NCBI RefSeq assembly: GCF_030144855.1
Contig: NC_082718.1
Span: 103,974,001 to 104,038,000 of the forward strand
DNA: 64,000 bases
Source: Hypanus sabinus
Lineage: Eukaryota
Reading direction: 5' to 3'
How positions within the stretch are numbered: the first letter of the stretch is position 1; each line of letters starts with the position of its first letter. The notes under the pieces were generated by a model. It saw only the letters and a list, made by a program, of their open reading frames with translations, did not search any database and was not told the origin of the DNA. Positions 36,241 through 48,199 of the stretch are shown here, in pieces. A program made the position numbers and the translations under genes.

Positions 36241-37319
36241 TTTAGAGACACGTTCTCTTGAGGACATAGTTATGCATGCATTTCCAGAGGGTGACTGAAG
36301 CCATTGTCCATTAAGTGAGATCATTTTCTGATAAGAATTGCAGCAGAGAAAAAAGTGTTGTTGATTTAAACTCTATTACTCCTCACTGACCCTCAGTTGC
36401 ATTGTTCATCTTGATCATCATTTCACTCTTTAAACTGAGGCAATGTCTTATTTTACCTTCAAGGCCACATACCTTTGTGCTACTTCAATCAAATGTAATA
36501 TTTTGAAGCAATAAACTAATTTAATTCACAGCTTTGTGTAGTGAGTCCATTGTTAATCAGGAAGGAATATTCTGAATCTGACTTTTGTTCCTCTTTGATG
36601 TCAACAAGTATACTATTTTTTGTTGCAAATGAATAATTTACCTGTAGCTTAGTTCTCTTTCAAGCTTATCAGTGTTAAATTGGCTTGATGGCAGACTGCA
36701 GGCAGGACTGCCTGGTGTCTCTTAGCAGACAGATACTAGTGTGCTGGGATAATCACATTCCTCAGATGAAACCGAGGCTTTTGCCACATTCCTTCTCTTT
36801 TGGAAACTTTCCAAATGTCCTTGTAGCAGAGCTTGCTTGATCTTGGATTGAGTTTGTGTTTGGGAGTGGGGAGGGAGAAGGGGGGGGCGTGGGTGGTTCG
36901 AGTAGACGGAAGGAAATGTATGTATAAGGGAGATGGAGAGTGAGTGGAAAATGTACTTCAAAGCGAGAGTGAGAGAGGGAAAGGCCCTTCAAAGACTTTT
37001 TTGATGAGTTATTTGTGCTGCTCGCTCTTGGAGGCACTGTATAAGTTATTCTGAACTCAGTGACCAGATGTTAACCTAACGACATCACTGGAGATCTGAG
37101 CAAATGCTTCTAAATAACTCTTTCCTGTCTGGAATGAATTATTGGTGAAAACATGATTCCACGTCAGAAGCAAGTTTTCTTGCCATCAACCCCTTTATGA
37201 GAGTGGGGTAGGCTTTGTAACCAACATGTCTCTCTGAAAAGGGGTGCAGCTATTCATAAAGTGGTCCTTTATTAATATAATTGGGTCTTAAGACTTAGTT
37301 TTGATTTGGAAAGGACATC

Positions 37320-37655
37320 AGGTATGACTGTGTGGCTTGGCACAGCTCAAATGCCATCTATAAATTTGCTGACAATTTAAGATGGTGGTGGGAGGGCGTA
37401 CAGGAGTGAAATGGATCAGCTGGTTGAGTGTTGCAGCAACAGCCTTGTGCTCAATAATGTCAGTAAGACCAAAGAACTGATTGTGGACTTCTGGAAGAGT
37501 AAGATGAGGGAACACAGGGCGATCCTCAGAGAGAAATCAGAAGTGGAAAGAGTAAGCAATTTCAAGTTTCAACATCCCTGAAGATCTATCCTGGGCCCAA
37601 CATAACAATGCAGTTGCAAATAAGGCAAGACAGTGGCTATATTTCCTTAGGACTT
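37320..37655 (+). mobile_element. Rex1/Babar RT fragment
   Basis: IYKFAD and NVSKTKELIVDF motifs. Confidence 0.75.
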
Positions 37656-37656
37656 G

Positions 37657-38290
37657 AGGTGCAGCCATGGGCCCCAACCACACCTGCCTTTTTGTTGGCT
37701 ATTTAGAATAGCCCTTGTTCCAAGCCTTCCCTGGTAATGCTCCAAGCTCAATCCACACAACATTGACAACGGTATTGGTGCTGCTTCATGCTCATCAATT
37801 TCATCAACTTTCCCTCCAAACTCCACGTCAACCCTGTCATTAAATTCACTTGGTCCATGTCTGACACACTTTTCCCCTTTCTCAATCTCTCTGTTTCCAT
37901 CTCTGGAGACAAAGCATTTACCAATATCCCTTGTGGTCTACCAACTGCCACAGCCATCTTACTGTGCCTCTGCCCACCCTGACTCCTGTAAAAAGTCATT
38001 TCCTTCCCTCAGTTCCTGCATCTTTGTCGCAGCTGTTCCTGGGATGATGCTATCCTTTCCAGAACAACAAAGATGTACTCCTTCCTCCTCCACTTTTGAT
38101 GCTTCTCCTGCATTTCCTGGACATCTGCTCTCAGCCCATTTTCACACCTCTTTAACAGGGATAGTGTTCATTTTGTACTCACCCACCACCCTGTCCAGCA
38201 CATCATTCTCTGCAACTTCCAGCATCTTCAGAGGGATCACACCACCAAACATATCTTCCCACCCCCTCCCCTACTCTCTTCTTCCCATCC
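37657..38290 (+). mobile_element. Penelope-like element reverse transcriptase remnant
   Basis: GAAMG, CLFVGYLE, FINF..KFTWSMSDTLFPFLNLSVSISGD and SAHPDSCK motifs typical of Penelope RT; frameshifted. Confidence 0.85.
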
Positions 38291-38329
38291 TGACTGGCTT
38301 AACTCCTCCAGCACACTGTGTGTATTGCA

Positions 38330-39036
38330 GTGAAATTTTGTTGTTTTGTGGCAGTGCACAGTGCAAGACATAAAAGTTGCTATAAGTTAAAAAGGGGAAT
38401 AAAGTGCTATAGTGTAAAAGAAGAATAGGGAACTAGCATTCATAGGCTCACGGACTATTCAGAAATCTAGTGGCAGAGGGGAAGAAAACGTTTCTGAAAT
38501 GTAAAGGCCTCCTGTAGCTCCTTCCTGATGGTAGTAATGTTTCCTCTTAAGGTGAGCATCCTTAATGATGAACACTGCCTTCTTGATGCACTGCCCTTTG
38601 AAGATATCCCTGGTGGTGGGGACGGCTGTACTTGTGATAGAGCAGGCCGAGCCTACAATGCTATGAGACAGTGAGCGGTCAGTCAGAATGCTCTTCACCG
38701 TCCATCTGTAGAGATTTGTGGGAGTCTTTGGTGACATACCAAATCTCCTCAAACACATGATGAAGTAAAGCAGCAGGCAAGCCTTCTTTATGATGGCAGC
38801 AATACGTTCATGTGTAGATTACAGGGTCCGAGATGTTGACACCCAAGAACTTGAAAGTTGCTCACCTCCTTTCCACTGCTGATTGCTCAGTGAGTGTGTG
38901 TGTGTGTGTGCGTGTGTGTCCCAACTTCTCCTTCCCGAAGTCCACACCTATTTCCTTGGTCTGTGAGATTCTTTTGGCGACAGTGCTGTCATCAGTGAAT
39001 TTATAGAAGTCGTTTGTTCTGTACATAGTTCATGAG
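38330..39036 (-). mobile_element. Rex1/Babar LINE fragment, continuing after the MITE to ~39660
   Basis: CLRRFGMSPKTPTNLYRWTVKSILT...DIFKGQCIKKAVFIIKD. Confidence 0.8.
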
Positions 39037-39038
39037 TA

Positions 39039-39604
39039 CAGGTGGCCCCTGCTTTTCGAACATTCACTTTACGACAGCTCGCTGTTACGAAAGACCTACA
39101 TTAGTTACTTGTTTTTGCTAACCAAAGAGGATTTTCGCTTCTACGAGAAAAGACGCCCGCTTTATATGTGTGATTACCCCGAGAAAGACTACCATGACCG
39201 TGAAACCTTGTGCAGGCAGTTGTGTGCGTATGCGTGTACGTGCCTGTGCGTGTACGTGCGTGTGCGTGTACATGCGTGTATGTGCCAGTTTTTTCCTTTT
39301 GTCCACATCTATCTTGGCTCGCTGTCTTTCCAATTTTGACAAGTGAAACTACACCGTACATACAATATTTCTACTTTATATAGGCTGTATATTTATCATA
39401 TCATTCCTGCTTTTACTGTATATTAGTGTTATTTTGGGTTTTATGTGTTATTTGGTATGATTTGGTTGGTTGTTTTTTGGGTCTGGGAACGCTCAAAAAC
39501 TTTCTCCCATATAAATGAATGGTAATTGCTTCTTTGCTTTACGACATTTCAGCTTACAAACGGTTTCATAGGAACACTCTATCTTTAGATAGCGGGGGGA
39601 CCTG
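39039..39604. mobile_element. Tigger/pogo-type (Tc1-mariner superfamily) MITE, 566 bp
   Basis: TA TSD at 39037-39038 and 39605-39606; TIRs CAGGTGGCCCCTGCT / AGCGGGGGGACCTG; host LINE resumes after it. Confidence 0.85.
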
Positions 39605-40859
39605 TACAGAGAGAGTAGAGCAGCTGTGTTGACTGTCATTGAGGAAGGGGTGTTATGATCAATCTGCTGCTAAGGGTAAGTCAAAAGAAAATGTCAATAC
39701 CTGAGATTTGTTGAGGTTTATTGGTTGATGCTGTCAAAAGTCAAAGTGAAGCAGAAGAGTAGATAGGATTAAGATACAGATTAACCACAGTTTAAGTGAA
39801 TGGCAGAGGGACCAAGTGGCCTTCTCTGTGTAACAAATATTTTCTACAAGAACATTCCATCTTCAGAAATACTCTGGAATTTTCACTTCATTACAGGTGC
39901 AAAATATTGTCTGGAATAGACAGAGAAAGAAGCCAGTCACTTGGAGTGGAAAATGTGCAGCTTGCAGACAAAGTGGCCCCAACACTTTTGCCAGTTTGGA
40001 CGGGTTCCCTGCAGCAAATCTATGCACATTGGCTCTGAAGGAGGATTGCCAGTGAACAGCTGAACAGCACAAGATTGTTGTGGTTACATACTGCCTTTAC
40101 TGCTTAGCTTTTCATTATTGTAGAACACATGGATTCAAAAATCTTAAAGAAAGGCATCGATTTCTTTACTATTACTTGGTGTTACCAAGGCAACAACATC
40201 CAAGCTGACCTGTGCCACTAGCAAACCAATTGAAGCGAGGTGTGAAAAGAAGACGTATTTGCTGCTTTTCAACTTCAGGATGTTCACAGAATCTGCACTG
40301 GCAGAGAGGTGCTTTCTGAAGTGTCGATATATTTTGTTGTAATAAATTGGTGACAGCTAGTTTGTGCTATATGATAACAACAAGTCTGTCTGTCTTCAGT
40401 GATAGCAGTTGAAAGATAAGTATTGCCAAGGCTCTAGCTAGAAGACACCTGCTCTGCTTTGAAATAACATAGTGGGGTATTTTCAATCTGCCTGCGTCTT
40501 CTCCAAGAGGCAATGTCTCTCAGAGCGCTGAACTCTTGTCAGAATTATTCTGAATATCTGTGTGGATTATCCCTTGAATTTCCAGCAGTGCTTTTAACTC
40601 TCTGAGCAGCTTTCTACAATCATTTTGTTGTTTTTTATCTCTCCGAACACCTGCCAACGCAGACATACATGATAGAATAGTGCTGGTCAGCAAGCTGCTT
40701 AACCCCACCAGTACAACCCAACCCTTTCAATGACAACGACCTCGAACAAATGTGAATCCGGCTGTTTCCTTCCATCTTTTCTTGCCAGGAATACGAGGCA
40801 ATTTGTAATATCCATTATTCCCAGATAGCTGGGATGCATTGCCCGAGATTTTTTAATTG

Positions 40860-41125
40860 AATTATACAACATGGAAACAGGCCACCAAGTCAATTATACT
40901 AGTCCTGCACTTGTCCCATTTTGTTCCCCACACATTCCAGATGTTCCCTTGGGTTCTACCACACATCTGCACATTAGCAGCATTTTGAAGGGACCATTTA
41001 ACCCTACCAGCTCTTGGGGATGTGAGAGGAAACCAGAGCACCCAGAGGAAACCTACGTACACACCCAACATGGACAGCAGGGAGCTCAACATTGAAATCT
41101 GCTGCATAAGCATAAGGCGACAGCT
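40860..41125 (-). mobile_element. tRNA SINE with CR1-type tail
   Basis: ggatgtgagaggaaaccagagcacccagaggaaacc central domain; catggaaacaggcc tail. Confidence 0.65.
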
Positions 41126-41545
41126 CCTCATCCTCTGGTTTTATGTTAACCTAAGTACACATTAATCAGAGATGTACATAAATCTCCTCAGTACAACCTT
41201 CAGCAATTAATTCATCATGAGATCTGTACAATATAGCTATTCATCAGGGTTGGGATACTATCTTGAACGTGTTTTTGACCAGCTTCTTCCACACACAGAC
41301 CGTTCTGTTATTTTACCTAAATGGGGGTGGGATATCTCAGAAAGCTTGGGAGTCTGTGGCAGCATGGAACCAGTTGGATGGACCATTGTATGTTTAAACT
41401 GTAGACTAGCTCCCTTATAGCTGGAAAAAGGGATGCTACAAACATTAGAGGAACCATCAATCATAATCACAAGAGATACTGCAGATGCTGGAAACGTAAC
41501 GCACAAAAAATGCTGGAGGAACTCAGCAGGTCAGTCAACATCTAT

Positions 41546-42286
41546 TCTTCTTCTTCTTCTTGCACCCCTAACTCCTGGTGGAGTCATCGGGGCGTCGTCA
41601 TGACAAGCTTTGCACCGGTCTGTTCCATCCATCTGTCGCGGTGGTGTGCCAGAGCCTGGCTCACCACAAATGTTTTCCCTGTCCGTTCTTTAATGTTGTC
41701 CGTCCATCTTTTCCTCTGTCTGCCTCGCCTTCTTTCCCCCTCCACAGTTCCTTGTAGAACGGTCTTAGCACGGCCACTGGATCTTGTTTCGTGGCCGTAC
41801 CATCTCAACTTTCTTTTCTTCACCGTCGTGAGAAGGTCTTCATGAGGGCCAACATGGTGCTGGATGGTCTTGCGGACTCACTCGTTTGTGATGTGGTCCA
41901 AGTATGAGATGCTCAAGATGTTGCGATAGCATTGCATTTCCAATGCCTGTATCTTCCTCTGAAGCTCTGCTGTGAGGGTCCATGTCTCGCATGCGTACAG
42001 GAAGATGGAGAATACCAATGCACGCAGGAGTCTGATCTTGTACTTCATGGTGATGTTGCTGTCCCTCCATATTGTCTTGAGTTTGGATAGTGCAGTCATT
42101 GTCTGTGCAGTTCTTGCCGGGACTTCTGGTCTTGATCCTTCATCACTGATGGTTGCTCCCAGGTATTTGAACTTCTACAGTTTCTGACCATGGACTGAGA
42201 TGTCTGTTGTGATGGCACCATAGGCATTTGCCATGAGCTTGGAAGGAATTAAGTGCCGAGAAAATCAAGCTCATGGCAAATGCCTA
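41546..42286 (-). mobile_element. RTE-clade LINE, 5'-truncated with 5' inversion; 10 bp TSD
   Basis: KYLG...LVFSIFLYACETWTL...KLRWYGH...LQGTVEGERRRGRQRKRW; (GAA)n tail; TSD CAACATCTAT (41536-41545) / CAATATCTAT (42287-42296). Confidence 0.92.
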
Positions 42287-43934
42287 CAATATCTATGGAG
42301 GTGATTAAACAGTAAACAGAACATCCCGATGAAGGGTTTCAGTCTGAAACATTGACACATTATTCTCATTCACCATCCCCGTGTGTATGCGAATATGTGC
42401 CAGCTCCAGCTTTTGTATTCTTAGTGATATTGGTAACTTTCCTAAGCTCAGCATCCTTTTTTTAAAATGAAAAATAAAATTGCCCTTGATGATCGCTTTC
42501 TATGTTGTTAGCAATAGTTAAACTCTTAATAATCCTGGGTCTCATTTGCTCCATTTGAAGCTCGTCTTGGATGTGGATATAATAAAAAACTTCACGCTCC
42601 AGTTCTTCAGAATGTATTTAATCCTGCTGTCTCTTACAACACTTTTCAACGTGTCTGTTCATGACTTTGGAATGGCTTGAAGTGTACAATAATTTTATAT
42701 TAAAACAAATTGCTTTTGAGTTTTGGAAGGTTATCTACTTAGCTCAATATAATACAAGGGCAATTTTCTTTTCATTGGAGGCTTAATTAATTCACTGAAA
42801 GGGGCAAGAATTACCCTTTGAATTAATAAAGTAGACAAATTCGGATGTTGATGGGCATTCAGATTTTTCTCAATCAAAGAAGCAGGCATGGTGGCCTTCA
42901 CTCTACACTGGGTTGGTGGATCAAGTTGTCCTGTAGTTTCCTTGGTTTGGAAACATCCCATTACAGTATTACCAAGCCATGTCTCCCTAATGCTGACCCA
43001 GCCTGACCTGACGTGAGGCTATCGTTTGCAACAAGGATAGTGTCCTAACATGATCCGGACTAGTGGTGCATCTATTGACGAACTTCTATATAAATGTTTC
43101 AATTACACATTCGAGTTTAAAAAACAAAAGCTCCAGTCTTGAATGATAAAATGATTTGGAAGCTCAGAGGAAGTGAATAAATCATCTGTTTAATGGCCAC
43201 GTGGTAGGTGTTGTGCAAGGAATCGTTCTTCCACCCTTCTGCCGTACAGCTCCCGGAACCTTTCCTGAGCAAGTTATGTTCTGCTTTGAAGCGCACTCCC
43301 AGTCCTTCTGTTCTCCCTGCTGTGAATGTGGTGGAACCAAGTTATCTGGTATGGGATAATTCAACCTCCATTTATTATGGTGCTGCGTGTTTACACAAGG
43401 AAGATAAAGCATTAATGTCCAAGACTTGTCCAGTTCTCTGCCCCTCATCTGATTGCGCCGCAGCCTCAACGCAATGTACAACTAAATACTGAGAGTGTTT
43501 GCATCATATCTTCTGCTGCCTACTCTGCCGTTTCTTCAAAGACATCGAGTCCCCCGATGGGTCTAGTGCTGGTGAATTGACAGAAAGAAAGTGGTACCGG
43601 CCTTTAGTTGTTGATGCTTCTAACAGCAGGGTGGGTACAGTGGCACAGTGTTTAAGAACAACTGAAGCAAAGATAGAAGGCTAGGATTCTGTCATTTCTG
43701 CTCTCAAAGGTCCTGTGATTGTATACTTCCCTTTCCTTCTTATTGGCTGCCAAGGATTTGTACTGTTTATTTGCCTCATCCTTTTGAACTATGATTTAAA
43801 CTGAGTTCAATCATTTGTTGGCTGTGGGTTCAGGTCAGCATTTGCAGTTTCAACTGTTTTCAGCCCTGAACTTGAAAGAATTTTATTTTTGCATGGTGAC
43901 TATTTGATGTTGGCTGTGTTGTATCGAGGATTAG

Positions 43935-44630
43935 GCTATATGGCCCTTCGAGTCTGCTGCACCATTTCATCGGGGTGATCCTATTTTCCTCTCAGCCCCA
44001 ATCTCCTACCTTCTCCCCGTATCCCTTCATGCCCTGACGAATCAAGAATCTATTAATCTCTGCCATAAATATATATAAAGACTAGATATCCACAGCTGCC
44101 TGTGGCAAAGAATTCCACCAATTCACCACTTTCTGGCTAAAGAAATTCCTCCTCATCTTTGTTCTAAAAGGATTCCTCTGTTTCTGAGGCTGTGTCCTCT
44201 GGTCTTAGACTGTCCCTGCACAGGAAACATCCCATCCACATCCACTGTATCGAGGCCTTTCACCAGTCGACTGGTTCCATTGAGGTCACACCTCATTCTT
44301 CCGAATTCCAGTGGTTACAAGCCCAGAGCCATCAAATGCTCTTCATATGACAAGCCATTCAATCCTGGGATCATTTTCATGAAGCCCCTTTGAACCCTCT
44401 CCAGTTTCAGCACATCCTTTCTAAGATAAAGGGCCTAAACCTGCTCACAATACTCAAAGTGAGGCCTCACCAGTCTCAACACTATATCCTTGCATTCTAG
44501 TCCTCTTGAAATAAATGCTAATATTGCATTTCCCTTCTTTACCACAGACTCAACCTGCAAATTAACCGTCAGGGAATCCTGCGCAAGCACTCCCAAGTCC
44601 CTTTGCGCCTCAGTTTTTTGTATTTTCTCT
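43935..44630 (-). mobile_element. CR1 3' fragment
   Basis: Antisense of the RT C-terminus and 3' UTR. Confidence 0.85.
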
Positions 44631-44639
44631 TTAGTTCAA

Positions 44640-44830
44640 TGGTGGAACTGATTGCCACAGATGGCTGTGGAGGCTAAGCCATTCAATATATTTAAAGTAG
44701 AAGTTGATACGTTCTTGATTAGTAAGGTCATCAAAGATTACATGGAGAAGGCAGGAGAATGGAGTTGGAAGGGAAAATAAATCAGCCATGATCAAAGGGC
44801 AAAGTAGAATTGATGTCCGAATAGCTGGAC
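44640..44830 (+). mobile_element. CR1 3' terminus
   Basis: WN.LPQMAVEAKPFNIFKVEVDTFLI...GEKAG-like. Confidence 0.8.
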
Positions 44831-45564
44831 GTTCTCAGCATCGGAACCGTTGGGTTATTGTATTGGGCATGAATTGTTAAAGAAAGCTATTCAGAACACA
44901 GTGAGCTATTGTGTTTCTTTCCTCCTCTCCTGCAAGGACTGATCCCTTTTTGACTCTGGCCGAGTACCTGCACCTTACCCACATGATTGTTATTTAGGCA
45001 TCAGCCTTCTTTATGAGTGCTGACAAGTTACTGTTGCAATTGACTCAGCCTTGGCTGAAACCCGATGATGCGCAATTGCCTGCATCCCGGCTGAGACCTA
45101 TTAACACAGCACAGATAACAATCATATCTAAGTGCACCCATATCTGTACAGCCTGGCCAATCACTATTCGCTCACTGAGCCATTAAACTAATGAGTCACG
45201 GAGGGCAGCAGTTAATTTTTGTAATAAATGAGAACTCAATCATGAGAAACAAATAGCAGGGTTTTAATAACTGTGGCTAATATTAAGATAATATAATATT
45301 TATATAATTGGTTACCAGGGTTATTTCAAGTACTCAATTATTATCAATATTTGTTGGGCTTTTTAGTGATTTTATGGTGCTGGGAATTAATTCTGTAATG
45401 TAGGCCAGAGAATGGATCTCTGGAGCCCCTGTACACCAACATGGTATCAAACAAAATTGTGTCAGCTGCTGTGAAACGCTCTCACTATGAGACCTAATTC
45501 ATGTTATACCCAGCTAATTCACGACTCTTCAATTTAGGTTTAGGTTAAATGTAGGCCAAGTTAA

Positions 45565-46035
45565 AGGTTAAAGTTTAGCTTTATTTTTCATCTGTACATT
45601 GGAACATGTAGTGAACTGAGTTGTTTGTGTCAAATCAAATCAGCGAGGACTGTTCTGGCCAGTCTTTAGGTACACCAACATTGTATGCCCAGAATTCACT
45701 GAGCTAACCATATGGCTTTGGAATATGGAAGGACACCAGAGTGCCTGGAGGAAAATGGGGAGAAGGTAAAAACTCCTGACAGGCAGCAGTGGGAATTAAA
45801 CCCCGACTGTGCATTGCTGGTGTGGTAAACTATGTATACCTGTCTGGATACGCCCCTCTGCTGATTGCTCCTGCGGCTCCTCCCACAGACCCCTGTATAA
45901 AGGCGATTGGAGGCACTGCTCCCCCCTCAGTCTCCGAGATGCCATGCTCCCTTTTTGCTGCTAATAAAAGCCTATCGTTCACTTCCCGTCTCTGAGAGTT
46001 ATTGATGTTGCTGTAACCTCTACACTACCATGCTG
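45565..46035 (-). mobile_element. tRNA SINE (Rex-like tail) interrupted by a solo LTR
   Basis: Same family as 17968-18273; its head is split by the insertion at 45821. Confidence 0.65.
45821..46011 (+). mobile_element. Solo LTR, same family as 21771-21982; last bases and TSD lost
   Basis: TGTGGTAAACTATGT...GGCTCCTCCCACAGACCCCTGTATAAAGG...AATAAAAGCC...GAGTTATTGATG. Confidence 0.85.
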
Positions 46036-48199
46036 CCACTTTCTTAAGTAGAAAAAAAAATGACTTTTGTCCAGCTGTAAGAATGCTGTACAAAATGGCT
46101 CAGTGGAAACGTAACCAAGTGTATTAAAGAGTTCAGGTTACTGCTCACTTCCAATTCAAACACTCCAAAGCATATCACTATCTCTAATTTTGTGTTTGAG
46201 ATATAGTTGCTCTTGCTCAGCAGTTGATTGTCAATGAGTAAGTGAAGTAAGGCAGTCAATTAAAGGAAAGCGTGCAGATTAATTTGGATCAAAATGCAAA
46301 AAGTAACTGCAGATATTGGAAGTCTAAGATAAGCAATTAAGAAAATGTTTGAAAGACTGGCAGCATGTGTGGAGAGAGAAACACAAAATATTAGAAGTCA
46401 ATTTATCTTTCTGATTTGATTACATATAAAAGTCAGGCACATAAAGAGGTTCCAGCTCTTCAGTTGTTGCCATTTTTTTTGTAACTTATTTATTGGCAGA
46501 CTGTGGAGAGCCACATTGGTCTAATTGGCTTGGCAGCATTAGGATGGCAGATTTCTTTCCTTTAAGGGAATTATTTTAATGACACTGTCTCCATTCCTCA
46601 GCTTTCCTTTTTAGGCCAGGGCTACGATCTTAAATGCATCAGCTGTCCTGCTGAGAATCAAGCTCACGAGTCCGATCTGTGGCCCAGAGTTCGGGGTACA
46701 AGAGGCACTAGACTATTGTACATTATTCTGAAGAATCAGTCGTGAATCAGTTTATCGTCTCATCTGAAAATATGACACAGAATCAGAATCAGATTTAATA
46801 TCACTGACCTATATCGTGAAATTTGTTGTTTTGCAGCAGTACAGTGCAAAACATAAATTACAATAAATAAGTCGTGCAAAAAGAGAGCAAAATCGTGGGG
46901 TGGTGTTCATGGGTTGGCTCATTGTCTGCTCAGAAACCTGATCTCTGTAGTAAATCAGCTGCTTTCAATACTGCAGTCTTGTTAATCTTTCGACCCAAGA
47001 AGTTGATCGCTTATTCCTCTCCATAGATGCTGAGTTCCTCCAGCATTTAGAATGTGTTGTTCTGGTTTTCCAACATCTGCGGAATCTCTTGTGCTCATTT
47101 ATATAATGTGTTCATTACCACACATCAACGCAGTGGAAAGCTAACAGAACGGCGGCCCAAATTGGGAAGTTCTCGTCTCTTGGAAGCTTTGGATCACAGA
47201 CAGGATCTTCCCATGGCATCTGAAGCTTTGGGAACAAAAAAAAATCTCCTAATGTAAAAATACTACATTAGGAAACCCATCACCTGGAGTAAGCTGAAAG
47301 AAGCCACCTCATGCTCCACCCAAATAAAACAATGAAGCCTCACGTCTGTATGCAGAACAAGTTACATTCCACGGTATGAATGGAAAGATTAGCGAGGAGC
47401 ATCACACACAGTCAACATAGCACTTCAGAAGTCTGATTCCTTTCCCCAGTACACCACCACTGCCCCTAGGCAGTACATCCCATAGCTGCACACAATCAAA
47501 GTTTTCATAAAGAATTTAAGGAGCAGCTCCTGGATATGTCTAGCCTTGTTTCATAATTCTGCACCAAATGTTTAATATATTATTGGTAATTATTTCTGCT
47601 TAAGCCCAGGCATGACTTGAATGAGATGATGAAGAAAGTACCCAGCCGGAGGCAGCCCTTTGCGTCCCCTCAACAAACTGCCTTGCCTGCATGAGTAAGG
47701 TTCTGGCACCCTTTACTGCTTCTGTTGAACAGCTTCTTGACTTTGTGAGTCGACTTTTGGGGCTCTGAGTGAGGCTGTGTGTACTGATTCAACAGCCATC
47801 CACTCTGACTGAACCCAGGGTCACATCCCCATTTCCTCCTTGACCACTAGGGATTAGAAAAAAGAAAAGCAATTGCATTTTCTTTGCACCCTTGGCCAAG
47901 CCAAGATATCCCAAAGTACTTTAAAACCAATGAGGGAAAATATAGAGAGTGTTGTAGTTCAAGATTTAGTGGCTGGGCTGAGCTGTACATAAATATTTGG
48001 TCTAGTTAATATCTTCTTGTTCCCACATGGATAGGATTCAGGGGTGCATCCATTTGCAAATGTTGGTAAAAATGAAGAAGTGGGTGCTTGGGGAGGGGGC
48101 AGATTTAAACATGCATATTAGTACCTTACAATGGGATTGACGACTGGCAGTACCGATATTGATTGATCTGGTGATCAGCTGTTATCAACATCAATGGAG

